Shown here one piece after another: positions 36,562-45,832 of a stretch of 64,000 bases of DNA. Made by a program: the position numbers and the translations under genes. How positions within the stretch are numbered: the first letter of the stretch is position 1; every line of letters starts with the position of its first letter. This DNA comes from Terriglobales bacterium (lineage in GTDB: Bacteria; Acidobacteriota; Terriglobia; Terriglobales; Acidobacteriaceae): positions 4,863 through 68,862 of the forward strand of contig JBBQVN010000005.1 in assembly GCA_038211475.1 (NCBI GenBank). Reading direction: 5' to 3'. A model generated the notes under the pieces. That model was not told the origin of the DNA. It saw only the letters and a list, made by a program, of their open reading frames with translations, and made no database searches.

Positions 36562-36581
36562 ACGCGCCCCACTGCCTTTTC

Positions 36582-37769
36582 CTACTTGCAGTTCTTGTCG
36601 CACTTAGCGTCGAGCACCATATCGAGAAATGTCATATACGTGGGCTCGCCAACATTCCGATGAGGGTCTTGATCGATGTTAACCTTGTGCACTACTAGCA
36701 GATGATAGGCGGGAAACACTGTGATGTACTGCCCTCCCGTGCCCATCGCGGAGAACGCGCCCTGATAGGGTCCCGTCCAGACATTCCCAGCATACATCGG
36801 AGCGTCCCATGCCCACCACAGCATTCCGTATCCCCATCGTCCAGTCCAACCTTCGGCCTTGAATTCGTTGCGATCCGCAAATCGCGTCGTTGGGTATACG
36901 CTGAAATCGAGGAAGCCTGGGTCAGCCCATAGCGTCTTGCCCCACATTCCATGGGAGATCGCGATCAGCCCCAGCCGGGCCAAGTCCCGCGTCGAGAGAT
37001 ACGTCGCGTACTCGAAATGCGTCGAGTTGTCGATGTAATTCTTCTTCTGCCGTGATCGATCAAAATCCTCAAACCGCAGCGGGATCGCCAGATCATCGCG
37101 CAGCGCATCGAAAATATCTTTGTGTGCAATCTTCTCAAACGCCAGCCCAGCCGCGTCGAAATCCCAATTGTTATAGAACCACCGCACGCCCGGATACGAC
37201 GACCCGCGCTTCGGGGAAAGCTTCTCCTGTTCGTCGTTCCCGTCAGGGATATAGATCCCTGAGCGCGTCATCAGCAATTGCTGCAGTGTCGCTCTCTTTT
37301 CTGATTCGAGGAATGGCGTCTTGTCCTCCAGCCCAAGCTGCACGACGGTTTGATCAAGGTCGAACTTCACTCCCTTTTGTATCTCGATCGCATACAGCAG
37401 GCTGAGCATGCTCTTGCGTACCGATGCGACCTTGCTCACGAGCTTCGTGTCGCCATACTCGAAGATCACGTGCCCACGAGAAACGACCATCATCGCATCG
37501 GTCTGGTGCGTCTTCAAAAACATCCGCAAAGCGTCAAGCCGCTCCGGTGAAAAGCCTTCGGACTCGGGTGACACGTGCTTCCATTCAGTGCCAGGCCAGG
37601 TCCACCCGTTCTCGTCGGTGTATCCTACCGGCGAAAGAAGCGGCGCAGGCGCTGCCGGAGTCGCAGCGGCACCGTTGTCGAAGACATTACTTTGGGCTGC
37701 GACCTTCAAAGACCCAACCACCAAGCAGCACACGAACAAAGCGGTAGGAAGAAGCCTTCTTCTCAACAT
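36582..37769 (-). CDS. secreted serine hydrolase, beta-lactamase (class C/PBP-like) family
   Basis: Signal peptide [26 protein letters not shown] and SxxK motif ([15 protein letters not shown]). The size and pattern fit PF00144-type proteins. Confidence 0.87.
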   Translation of the reverse strand: MLRRRLLPTALFVCCLVVGSLKVAAQSNVFDNGAAATPAAPAPLLSPVGYTDENGWTWPGTEWKHVSPESEGFSPERLDALRMFLKTHQTDAMMVVSRGHVIFEYGDTKLVSKVASVRKSMLSLLYAIEIQKGVKFDLDQTVVQLGLEDKTPFLESEKRATLQQLLMTRSGIYIPDGNDEQEKLSPKRGSSYPGVRWFYNNWDFDAAGLAFEKIAHKDIFDALRDDLAIPLRFEDFDRSRQKKNYIDNSTHFEYATYLSTRDLARLGLIAISHGMWGKTLWADPGFLDFSVYPTTRFADRNEFKAEGWTGRWGYGMLWWAWDAPMYAGNVWTGPYQGAFSAMGTGGQYITVFPAYHLLVVHKVNIDQDPHRNVGEPTYMTFLDMVLDAKCDKNCK

Positions 37770-37821
37770 TCTGGAATTTTACCGTGATCTTCCCGGCTCC
37801 GTCATCGTTGAAGCCGGGATT

Positions 37822-38742
37822 TCAATTTTGTCCCTGGTTTTGCCGCTGTACCTCCTGCACGTTTGAAACAGCGTCCGATGGAAATTTCCTGTGCGGATAC
37901 CAGCGCTGAAACAACACAAACATCAACGCGACCACCACAAACATCATCCAGCTCGCCTCTGGGCCCAAAAGGCCGCCGGTGAGCCATTGCGGGCCTGCCC
38001 AAAGCGCCTCCAGCAGGTGGCCGACGGCGTACTCGCCAGCATTTTGTCCCGACCACAAAAAGAGGTTGGCGAAGTCAAACGCGGCATGGAACCCGATGGC
38101 GAACGCCAGCGTGCCGGTGCGCCGCACCGTCAGACACATGAATAGGCCGAGCAATCCGGTGGAGGCAAAGTCTTCCCAGCGCTCATGCGGCTTCAGGAAA
38201 TAGTGCAGCGCGCCAAATCCCGTAGAGAGCACAATGGCTGCCGCCCAGAAACCAATACCATCGGCGAGCGTGGAGAGGAGGTAGGCGCGAAACTGTAGTT
38301 CCTCCGCAAATCCAATTAGCAGGTTGGCAATGACCCAGAGGCCAAGGAAATACCATAGCGTTCCAGCATGGATGGCCAACCCGGCGATGCGATAGCCGCC
38401 GAATGCCGCGATCAAGCCCACAAGCAAAGACGTGGAAGTGATGCCCCACAAGAGTCCAACCTGAAAGTCGCGCCCCAACGGCTTCTGCGCAGGAATGCCA
38501 TAGCCGAGAAAGCCGCGCCGCTCGATGCGGGCCATGATCCACGTGGCTGCCAGCACCTGGATGAGTGTCTGCAACTCCTGCGACATCATTCCCACGGGAT
38601 CAAGGAATGATCGCGGTTGGGGATGAAAGACCTTCAAGACGATCCAGTCCATCAGGAATGCCAGGCAGACGAAGGTCCCGATGAAAATGAGCAGGCGCCA
38701 GCCCGCGCGCAAACCTCGCGAGTTCAAGAAAATTCTTCGCAC
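37822..38742 (-). CDS. CPBP-family intramembrane glutamic endopeptidase (CAAX protease/Abi)
   Basis: Polytopic membrane protein with motifs GFAEELQFRAYL (EExxxR), FGALHYF and HAAFDF. Confidence 0.9.
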   Translation of the reverse strand: MRRIFLNSRGLRAGWRLLIFIGTFVCLAFLMDWIVLKVFHPQPRSFLDPVGMMSQELQTLIQVLAATWIMARIERRGFLGYGIPAQKPLGRDFQVGLLWGITSTSLLVGLIAAFGGYRIAGLAIHAGTLWYFLGLWVIANLLIGFAEELQFRAYLLSTLADGIGFWAAAIVLSTGFGALHYFLKPHERWEDFASTGLLGLFMCLTVRRTGTLAFAIGFHAAFDFANLFLWSGQNAGEYAVGHLLEALWAGPQWLTGGLLGPEASWMMFVVVALMFVLFQRWYPHRKFPSDAVSNVQEVQRQNQGQN

Positions 38743-38805
38743 ATCGAAAGGATACTGCGGGAAGTGGGATGTCTCAACTGCATGCCCGAACCCCCCGAGC
38801 GGTGA

Positions 38806-38979
38806 CGGTCCCTTCTCGGTAACGGTGGGGACTTCAATGGGGACGGCCAGGCCGACCTGGTGACCGCGAACTATTACGGCAACGCGGTGAGCGTGCTGCT
38901 TAACACATCAGGAACTGCGGTAACTTTGAGCAGTTCGCCCAATCCTTCAGCGCCGATCATCCAGAGGATACGGCGGTAG
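38806..38979 (+). pseudogene. fragment of an FG-GAP/VCBS repeat protein
   Basis: LLGNGGGDFNGDGQADLVTANYYGNAVSVLLNTSGTAVTLSSSPNPS lies in an open frame bounded by a TGA at 38803 and a TAG at 38977. It has no start codon or N-terminal part. Confidence 0.45.
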
Positions 38980-39402
38980 TGGACCCCTTTCGGGGATCTC
39001 ATCAGACAACTCGCAGTCCGCAAGCAAGGCTTGTGAAAAGAGGAGTTGACTGTGCCTTGTCATTACTAGAGGCGCACGGGAAACGGTGCAGATCCAAGTG
39101 AGCTTCTTTCGTTTCAATACGGCGTTTGGCTCGGCTCCAGTCGCTCCTACTCTCGCTCGACGATCTGCTCACCACAGTGCCACTGAACTGGAACGAGCAA
39201 CAATTCGGAGCCGCGGGCAAGCCCTATCGCGAAAGCGAACTGGGGAATTGGCCAGTAGAGAAAGGGTCGAAATCGGGCGCATCTCCGCTTCTCAGGAGAA
39301 GGCTTTCCCGTTCGCTTAGGAGCGCGAATCTAGCCACTTGGCGGGGGAAAGAATGCAAGATTAAAAAATACAAGTTAAGTTATTAATAATAAAGCACTTA
39401 AA

Positions 39403-39492
39403 TGGCGGAGGGAGAGGGATTCGAACCCCCGGTACCCTTTCGGGTACAGCGGTTTTCAAGACCGCCTGTTTCAACCGCTCACACATCCCTCC
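39403..39492 (-). tRNA. tRNA-Ser (anticodon UGA), CCA encoded
   Basis: The reverse complement reads GGAGGGATGTGTGAGCGGTTGAAACAGGCGGTCTTGAAAACCGCTGTACCCGAAAGGGTACCGGGGGTTCGAATCCCTCTCCCTCCGCCA. It has a 7-bp acceptor stem, anticodon loop CTTGAAA, a long variable arm and a GGTTCGAATCC T-loop. It closely resembles E. coli tRNA-Ser(UGA). Confidence 0.92.
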
Positions 39493-39589
39493 GTTGCAGT
39501 CATAATAAATCAACCCGCCAGTAGTCAGCGAAACCGGCCTGCTGCTGGATCAGCATTTTGGCCGGCAAGCTTGCCAGAGCTTCGCGGAT

Positions 39590-41140
39590 CTAGAGTGGTA
39601 TATTCCCATGCTTTTTCGGCGGGTTTTTGTCGCGCTTGGTTTCCAGCATCTCCAATGCCTGGATCAGTTTCTTGCGGGTGTCGCGCGGCTGGATGACGGC
39701 ATCGAGGAAGCCGCGGTCGGCGGCCACGTAGGGGTTGGCAAAGCGGTCGCGGAATTCTTCGATCTTGCGCTGGCGCATCTCGTCACGATTGTCGGCCTGC
39801 TCCAGATCGCGCTTGTACACAATGTCCACCGCGCCTTCCGGCCCCATTACCGCAATCTCGGCGGTCGGCCACGCGTAGTTCACGTCGGTGCGGATGTGTT
39901 TAGACGCCATCACGCAATAAGCTCCGCCATAGGCTTTGCGCGTAATCACGGTGACCTTGGGGACGGTGGCTTCGGCGAAAGCATACAGCAGTTTGGCGCC
40001 GTGCTTGATGATGCCGCCATATTCCTGAGCGGTGCCGGGAAGGAATCCTGGGACATCTTCAAAGGTCACCAGCGGAATATTGAAGCAGTCGCAGAAACGC
40101 ACGAAGCGGGCTCCTTTGACGGAGGCATTGATGTCGAGCGTGCCGGCAAGCATGGCGGGTTGGTTGGCGACGATGCCTACCGGGCGGCCGTTGAGCCGGG
40201 CAAAGCCCACCACTATGTTTCTGGCGTAGTGCTCGTGGACCTCGAAGAAGTAGGCGTCGTCCACGACGGCATGGATCACGTCCTTTATGTCGTAGGGCAT
40301 GTTCGACTGCTCGGGCACGATGGTGTCGAGAGCCGCATCGGCGCGGTCCGCGGGGTCAGTGCAGGGTCGGCGCGGCGGGTCTTCCAGGTTGTTGGAGGGC
40401 ATGAAGCTAAGCAACTCGCGCACCATCGAGAGACACTCTGCGTCATCGCGGCACAAGAAATGAGCCACCCCTGAGGTCTCGTTATGGGTATGTGCGCCGC
40501 CCAACTCATCTTTGGTCACTTCCTCATGAGTCACGGTCTTGATGACGTCTGGCCCGGTGATGAACATGTAGGACGTCTTGTCGACCATAAGGATGAAGTC
40601 GGTGATGGCCGGCGAGTATACTGCGCCACCCGCACAGGGACCCAGGATGGCGGAGATCTGCGGCACCACGCCGCTATAGATAGTGTTGCGCAGGAAAATG
40701 TCGGCGTAGCCAGCCAGCGACATCACGCCTTCCTGGATGCGCGCCCCGCCGGAGTCGTTCAGCCCAATGACCGGTGCGCCCATCGTGGCGGCAAGATCCA
40801 TGATCTTGACGATCTTGGCAGCGTTAGTTTCGGAGAGAGACCCACCGAACACCGTGAAGTCCTGAGCGAAGACGAACACCAGACGGCCTTCGACGCGGCC
40901 ATAGCCGGTGATGAATCCATCTCCATAAATCTTCTGGTCGGCCATGCCGAAGTCGTGGCAGCGGTGGGTGACCAGCTTGTCAGTCTCTTCGAAGGTGCCT
41001 TCGTCGAGCAGGAACTCGACCCGTTGGCGCGCCGATAACTTACCTTCCTTGTGCTGCTTCTCGCGTCGTTGAGCCCCACCGCTGTCTTCCGCCAAGCGAT
41101 CGCGCTTCTTTAGTTCTTCCAGCTTTTGTTCGAGTTTCAT
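39590..41140 (-). CDS. acyl-CoA carboxylase carboxyltransferase subunit (propionyl-CoA carboxylase beta / methylmalonyl-CoA carboxyltransferase family)
   Basis: 516 aa: [71 protein letters not shown]…[13 protein letters not shown]. Confidence 0.95.
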   Translation of the reverse strand: MKLEQKLEELKKRDRLAEDSGGAQRREKQHKEGKLSARQRVEFLLDEGTFEETDKLVTHRCHDFGMADQKIYGDGFITGYGRVEGRLVFVFAQDFTVFGGSLSETNAAKIVKIMDLAATMGAPVIGLNDSGGARIQEGVMSLAGYADIFLRNTIYSGVVPQISAILGPCAGGAVYSPAITDFILMVDKTSYMFITGPDVIKTVTHEEVTKDELGGAHTHNETSGVAHFLCRDDAECLSMVRELLSFMPSNNLEDPPRRPCTDPADRADAALDTIVPEQSNMPYDIKDVIHAVVDDAYFFEVHEHYARNIVVGFARLNGRPVGIVANQPAMLAGTLDINASVKGARFVRFCDCFNIPLVTFEDVPGFLPGTAQEYGGIIKHGAKLLYAFAEATVPKVTVITRKAYGGAYCVMASKHIRTDVNYAWPTAEIAVMGPEGAVDIVYKRDLEQADNRDEMRQRKIEEFRDRFANPYVAADRGFLDAVIQPRDTRKKLIQALEMLETKRDKNPPKKHGNIPL

Positions 41141-41209
41141 AGCGCCTCATTATAGGCGAGGGAGGGCACAAGGGAGCGTGATCTATGTCCGTAGCAGGTG
41201 TGATGTCGC

Positions 41210-42649
41210 TTAGCGCGCGGGAGCCGCAGCCTGCGCCGCCAGTTCTACCTTGGCCAGCATCTTGTCCAGATCGGTACGGGAGAGATACTGTCCACCCAGA
41301 ATGACTCCTGAGATCTTGCGGGTGTTGTGGATATCTTCCAGAGGGTTGGCATCAAGCAGCACCAAATCGCCCCGGCGTCCCACTTCGATGCTGCCATATC
41401 GGTCGGCCTTGTTTAAAAACAGCGCTGGGTTGTAGGTGGCAGCCAGAAGAGCTTGCTGAGGAGTAAATCCAGCTTGCACCAGCAACTCCAGCTCATCATG
41501 CAAACTGAAGCCTGGCACTAGATAGGGGTCGGGACCGTCGCTGCCGGCAAGGAAAGGAACTCCGGCTTTGTGCATGTCGGCCACAAGTTGCAGGTTGCGC
41601 GCATAAACCTTCTTCAAGGCCGACGATTGGTCCGGCGAAATATCTTTGGCCAGTTGTTGCGGGGTCCACTCCGCGCGCACGGCTGCGGGAACATATTTCA
41701 GCGGTGAAGCAGCAGTCATCTGGGGGTCTTCCAGGTTGGCTTGCGCCCGCGTCCAAACCAGCGTGGGCACCTGCCAGGTGTTGTTCCTGGACAATTCGGC
41801 GAAGAGCGAGGCCGCCTTGCCTGGATCGTAGGAGCCGATGGCTTCCAACTCCGCGGCGGAGAAAGCCACGAAATCTTTTTTGGTAAGAGCTTCCTGGCGA
41901 TGGCGTCGCAGTTCCTCTTCCTTGGAGGAACAAGCCAGCAGGAGGCCCGACAAATGCTCGATGCTGCGCTGTCCAGCCTTCGATGCCTCGCTCAGTGAAA
42001 CCGAATCTGGCAAATGTCCGACGAACGCGATTCCCTGTTTGCGGCTTTCGTCGCCAATGGCGAAGTAGGTATCGCGAGGGATGCTGGAGAGAATCTTGAT
42101 GAAGTCCGCGCCTTGCTGCTTGAGCGCCACCACAGCCTGGCGTCCCTGGTCAGGAGTGTGGACCTGGATGGTCTGTTGGTCGGAGGGAAAGTCGTTGAGG
42201 AATGGTCCGGCGATCACCAGGTGAGGCCCGAGGAGTTGGCCCTTCTCAATGCGGTCTCGCCGCTGTTTGAGAAGAGCGAAGTCTCCACCCATGTCGCGAA
42301 TTCCTGTGATGCCGTTAGCCAGGTAGAGCGGATAGATGACGTTCTCGCTCCACGCCGATTGCAGGAAAGCGCTGTGGACATGCATGTCCCAGAGGCCTGG
42401 GATCAGGTATTTTCCCGCCGCGTTGACAACCCTGATTTTGGGGCCGGGATGAATAAACCCGACTTTCGCGATGCCGCTAATGCGACCGTCTTTGATGACC
42501 ACAGTGACGTTATGATCGATGGTCCCGTTGCGAACGTCCACGACGTTGACGAAGGTTAGTACCAGAGCGGATTCAAAACGATCAGAGGAGACTGCGGCGG
42601 CTGACACGGCGCAGGAGACGATCAAAAGCAGAGTGAAGAGCGATTTCAT
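41210..42649 (-). CDS. secreted metal-dependent amidohydrolase family protein
   Basis: Signal peptide MKSLFTLLLIVSCAVSAAA and metal-binding HxH (GLWDMHVHS). The C-terminus (GSIEVGRRGDLVLLDANPLEDI) is typical of Amidohydro_1. Confidence 0.88.
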   Translation of the reverse strand: MKSLFTLLLIVSCAVSAAAVSSDRFESALVLTFVNVVDVRNGTIDHNVTVVIKDGRISGIAKVGFIHPGPKIRVVNAAGKYLIPGLWDMHVHSAFLQSAWSENVIYPLYLANGITGIRDMGGDFALLKQRRDRIEKGQLLGPHLVIAGPFLNDFPSDQQTIQVHTPDQGRQAVVALKQQGADFIKILSSIPRDTYFAIGDESRKQGIAFVGHLPDSVSLSEASKAGQRSIEHLSGLLLACSSKEEELRRHRQEALTKKDFVAFSAAELEAIGSYDPGKAASLFAELSRNNTWQVPTLVWTRAQANLEDPQMTAASPLKYVPAAVRAEWTPQQLAKDISPDQSSALKKVYARNLQLVADMHKAGVPFLAGSDGPDPYLVPGFSLHDELELLVQAGFTPQQALLAATYNPALFLNKADRYGSIEVGRRGDLVLLDANPLEDIHNTRKISGVILGGQYLSRTDLDKMLAKVELAAQAAAPAR

Positions 42650-42673
42650 GCAAATCAGGCGTTGAGAATCAGA

Positions 42674-43660
42674 TTACGGAGTGGACGTAGCGGCGTCAAA
42701 CAAATTCAAAAAGGCGAGCTTCTTGTCCGCCCTGAGAAAGGAAGCTTCGAACGAATTACGGGCGAGTTCGCGGAGGTGATCGTCGCTAAAGCCGTGCGCC
42801 TGCTGGGCCAGGCTGTATTCGTTATTTAGGGTCGTGTTAAACAGGGCGGGGTCATCGGTGTTGAGCGTCACCATCAGGCCGCGGTCGAAGCACAGCCGGA
42901 CGGGATGCTCGTCGAGGGAGGCGCAGCATCCAGTGCGCAGGTTGCTGGTAATACACATTTCGATGGGCACCTGCCGTTGGGCAAGGACTTCCAGAAGTTC
43001 TTCGTCCTGTGCCGCGGAGAGCCCATGACCAATCCTTTCGGCGCCCAAGTTCAGCGCGCCCCAAATGGATTCAGGCCCGGTGGTCTCGCCTGCGTGAGCG
43101 GTGAGGCGAAGGCCGTGGCTCTTGGCATACTCGTAGGTGTTGCGAAAGAGTTCGGGCGCGGCGCGGCGCTCGTCTCCCCCAATACCAAAGCCGACAACGT
43201 TTCGATCCTGATAACGGACTGCTAGTTCGGCGACACGCTGCGCTGCCTCTGGACCGAAGTGGCGAACAGCATCGAAAATCCACAGCAGCGAAATACCGAA
43301 ATCGCGTTCGCCGCGTTCCCTTCCTCGTTCCAACGCTTCAAAAATTGGCACGAAATCTTGCCCGCGCCAGAGGCATACTCCCACGGAGACATAGACCTCC
43401 GCGTGGAGCACGTGGTCCTCAAGGAGTTGCTGCATCAGGCGATAGGTGATGAGTTCGTAGTCGGCTGGGGTGCGCAAGTGCTCGGTGATAGCCTTGAATG
43501 CCAGCAGGAAGCCTGTGAAATCCCGGTATTCATAGAGGCGTTCGACCTCGTGAAGTGTGTTGAAAAAGCTATGGCTTTGCTGAATCTCCAACAAGGTGGA
43601 TGGTAAGACTGCGCCTTCAAGGTGAAGATGAAGCTCGGCTTTGGGAAGAGAGGAGATCAT
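42674..43660 (-). CDS. add: adenosine deaminase
   Basis: MISSLPKAELHLHLEGAV…, SLLWIFDAVRH, LTAHAGE, and TLNTDDPALFNT. I chose the internal ATG at 43660. The track ORF extends to 43714. Confidence 0.9.
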   Translation of the reverse strand: MISSLPKAELHLHLEGAVLPSTLLEIQQSHSFFNTLHEVERLYEYRDFTGFLLAFKAITEHLRTPADYELITYRLMQQLLEDHVLHAEVYVSVGVCLWRGQDFVPIFEALERGRERGERDFGISLLWIFDAVRHFGPEAAQRVAELAVRYQDRNVVGFGIGGDERRAAPELFRNTYEYAKSHGLRLTAHAGETTGPESIWGALNLGAERIGHGLSAAQDEELLEVLAQRQVPIEMCITSNLRTGCCASLDEHPVRLCFDRGLMVTLNTDDPALFNTTLNNEYSLAQQAHGFSDDHLRELARNSFEASFLRADKKLAFLNLFDAATSTP

Positions 43661-43757
43661 GGAGAAGACTTCCATAAGACTTCTGGATAACCTGATCTGG
43701 CGCGGACGAAGCAAGTGCCTCCCATCGCGCTCACACTCGGGACCGGAAGCCAGAAGC

Positions 43758-45332
43758 CTATTTTCGGCCAGCGAACTCGCTGTGGTGCCGGCTGTAAAAG
43801 AAGTAAATGACCAGCCCGAGAGTCAGCCAAATAACAAAACGAAGCCAGGTGATCACCGTCAGCCCAAACATCAGGCCGCCGCACAACACCACCGAGATGA
43901 GGGGGAACCACGGGACAAAAGGCACGCGGAAGGCGCGCTTGCGGTCGGGCTGCTTGCGCCGGAGAAAGATCACACCGAGCGAAACCAGTACGAAGGCAAA
44001 TAGAGTGCCGATGTTCGCAAGATCGGCAGCATCGCCAATGTCCACCAGTCCGGCGGGAATGCCGACCGCAAAACAGGCGATCCAGGTAGACCAGTGCGGA
44101 GTCTTGTATTTCGGATGCACTGCGGAAAACAACTTGGGCAGCAAGCCATCCCGAGACATGGCGTACCAGATGCGCGCCTGGCCATACTGAAACACCAGCA
44201 ACGATGAAATCATCCCGGTCAGCGCTCCCATCACAATGACGGAGCGGAAGAATGGGTGCACGCCCAGATACTTCATGGCGTAGGCGACCGGCGCCTCGGC
44301 GGCTTCTCCGGAAACAAAAGTCGTGTACTTCATCATGCCGAGCAACACGACAGCAACACCGACATACAGCAGCGTGCAGACGATGAGGGACATGATGATT
44401 CCGAAGGGCAAGTCTTTTTGCGGATTGCGCGATTCCTCTGCTGCGGTGGAGACCGAATCGAATCCGATGTAAGTAAAGAACACGATCGCCCCGCCGGTCA
44501 CGATGCCGGCAAAACCGGAGGGCGCGAAGGGCGTCCAGTTGGCGGGCTTGACCAACATCCCGCCGACCACCAGGAAGGTGAGGATCGCGCCAATCTTCAC
44601 CGCGACCATGATGTTGTTGGCTCCCGCGGATTCTTTCACGCCGCGTACCAGCAGCAGTGTCAGAATGAAAACAATTAAGAAGCCAGGCACATTGAAGAAC
44701 GCGCCCGTCCAGTGCCCCGAAGCCCAGACCGGACTAGCCCACCGGTCAGGCAAAACGAGGCCGAACGCCGCCAGTTGCGCTTTCGTGTATCCCGCAAAGC
44801 CCACGGCCACCGCAACGTTGCTGACTACATATTCGAGAATCAGGTCCCAGCCGATGATCCAGGCGAAAATCTCGCCCAGCGTGGCGTAGGAGTAGGTGTA
44901 GGCGCTTCCTGCGATAGGAATCATCGAGGCAAGTTCGGCGTAGCACAGGCCGGCGAAGCTACACGCGATCGCGACGAGGAGAAACGAGATCGCGATGGAC
45001 GGCCCGGCCGGGGGGCGGCCGTGCATCAGCGCCCCCGCGGTACTTCCTGTGCGCAGAAAATTCGCGATGAGATCCAGCACCTGCGCATGCAAAATGGACG
45101 GCGCCTGGAAGTACTCGCCTGCGGCCGCAGTCCCGGTCAGGACGAAAATGCCGGAACCGATAATGGCGCCGATGCCCAGCGCTGTCAGAGACCAAGGCCC
45201 GAGCGTCTTGCTGAGTTTGGTGTGGGGGTTTTCGGAGTCGGAAATCAGCTTGTCAATGGACTTGCAGCAAAACAGCTGGCTGCCCGTGTTGGCTGGCTGG
45301 GGCGATTTATAGAACGTAGGTGGTTGTGACAA
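43758..45332 (-). CDS. APC-superfamily amino acid permease (cationic amino acid transporter-like)
   Basis: 524 aa with ~13 TM segments. LSKTLGPWSLTALGIGAIIGSGIFVLTG is the typical AA_permease N-terminus. TTG start with GGGAGA upstream. Confidence 0.9.
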   Translation of the reverse strand: MSQPPTFYKSPQPANTGSQLFCCKSIDKLISDSENPHTKLSKTLGPWSLTALGIGAIIGSGIFVLTGTAAAGEYFQAPSILHAQVLDLIANFLRTGSTAGALMHGRPPAGPSIAISFLLVAIACSFAGLCYAELASMIPIAGSAYTYSYATLGEIFAWIIGWDLILEYVVSNVAVAVGFAGYTKAQLAAFGLVLPDRWASPVWASGHWTGAFFNVPGFLIVFILTLLLVRGVKESAGANNIMVAVKIGAILTFLVVGGMLVKPANWTPFAPSGFAGIVTGGAIVFFTYIGFDSVSTAAEESRNPQKDLPFGIIMSLIVCTLLYVGVAVVLLGMMKYTTFVSGEAAEAPVAYAMKYLGVHPFFRSVIVMGALTGMISSLLVFQYGQARIWYAMSRDGLLPKLFSAVHPKYKTPHWSTWIACFAVGIPAGLVDIGDAADLANIGTLFAFVLVSLGVIFLRRKQPDRKRAFRVPFVPWFPLISVVLCGGLMFGLTVITWLRFVIWLTLGLVIYFFYSRHHSEFAGRK

Positions 45333-45469
45333 GCGGTCTTGTCTCCCTTGATTCAGCGCAAACTGATGACCCAGGGCAAACTGATTCGGCGCACAATCAG
45401 ACTGTTACACGAACCCGACGGCCCAGATGAATGCTGGAGAATTCATCATCAAGCACCAACAGTGTAGCT

Positions 45470-45501
45470 GGGAGGCGCGGGCAACATGGCCCGCACCTCC
45501 C
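45470..45501 (-). terminator. strong GC hairpin between the small basic ORF and the permease gene
   Basis: 13-bp stem (GGGAGGCGCGGGC at 45470-45482 / GCCCGCACCTCCC at 45489-45501, one G-T pair) with a 6-nt loop. There is no clear U-tract on either strand. Confidence 0.35.
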
Positions 45502-45529
45502 TTGCGATTGCCGCAACAGCAAGCCTGCT

Positions 45530-45691
45530 CTAGCGCTTCGACTGTCCGCGAGCCAGCTTTTTCACTTTGCGCTTTTTCGAGCCCCGAGCATAATCGCGTT
45601 CCGCCTTGGGCTTCTCCACGGTTTGCTTCTTGCGCGCGGTGCGTTTGACTTTCTTGCGTTCGACTTTGGTGAGGCTCTTTGTATTTGCCAT
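45530..45691 (-). CDS. small highly basic protein (53 aa), hypothetical
   Basis: Internal ATG of ORF 45530..45805 gives MANTKSLTKVERKKVKRTARKKQTVEKPKAERDYARGSKKRKVKKLARGQSKR. AGGAGA lies ~15 nt upstream, which is suboptimal spacing. Confidence 0.45.
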   Translation of the reverse strand: MANTKSLTKVERKKVKRTARKKQTVEKPKAERDYARGSKKRKVKKLARGQSKR

Positions 45692-45832
45692 GAGTGACTG
45701 TGTGCTTCTCCTGTGAAATAGAATTCTTATTGTAGAGGCCGGGACCCTTTTACAGGACTTTTTGTGACGCTGGGGTTGCTCCCGCCCTTTTTTGCTCCTG
45801 TGCAATCCAAATGTTTGTCGAAACTCCGCAGC

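Noticed and set aside
39002-39386. Searched all six frames next to the tRNA-Ser 3' end for a tyrosine integrase, as expected for a tRNA-linked island. The ORFs here are 39002..39220 (-), 39086..39319 (+) and 39126..39386 (+).
   Set aside because: No integrase motifs (R…HxxR…Y) were found. The ORFs are low-complexity or unrecognisable, although the frame of 39126 (…LDDLLTTVPLNWNEQQFGAAGKPYRESELGNWPVEKG) might be another gene stump.
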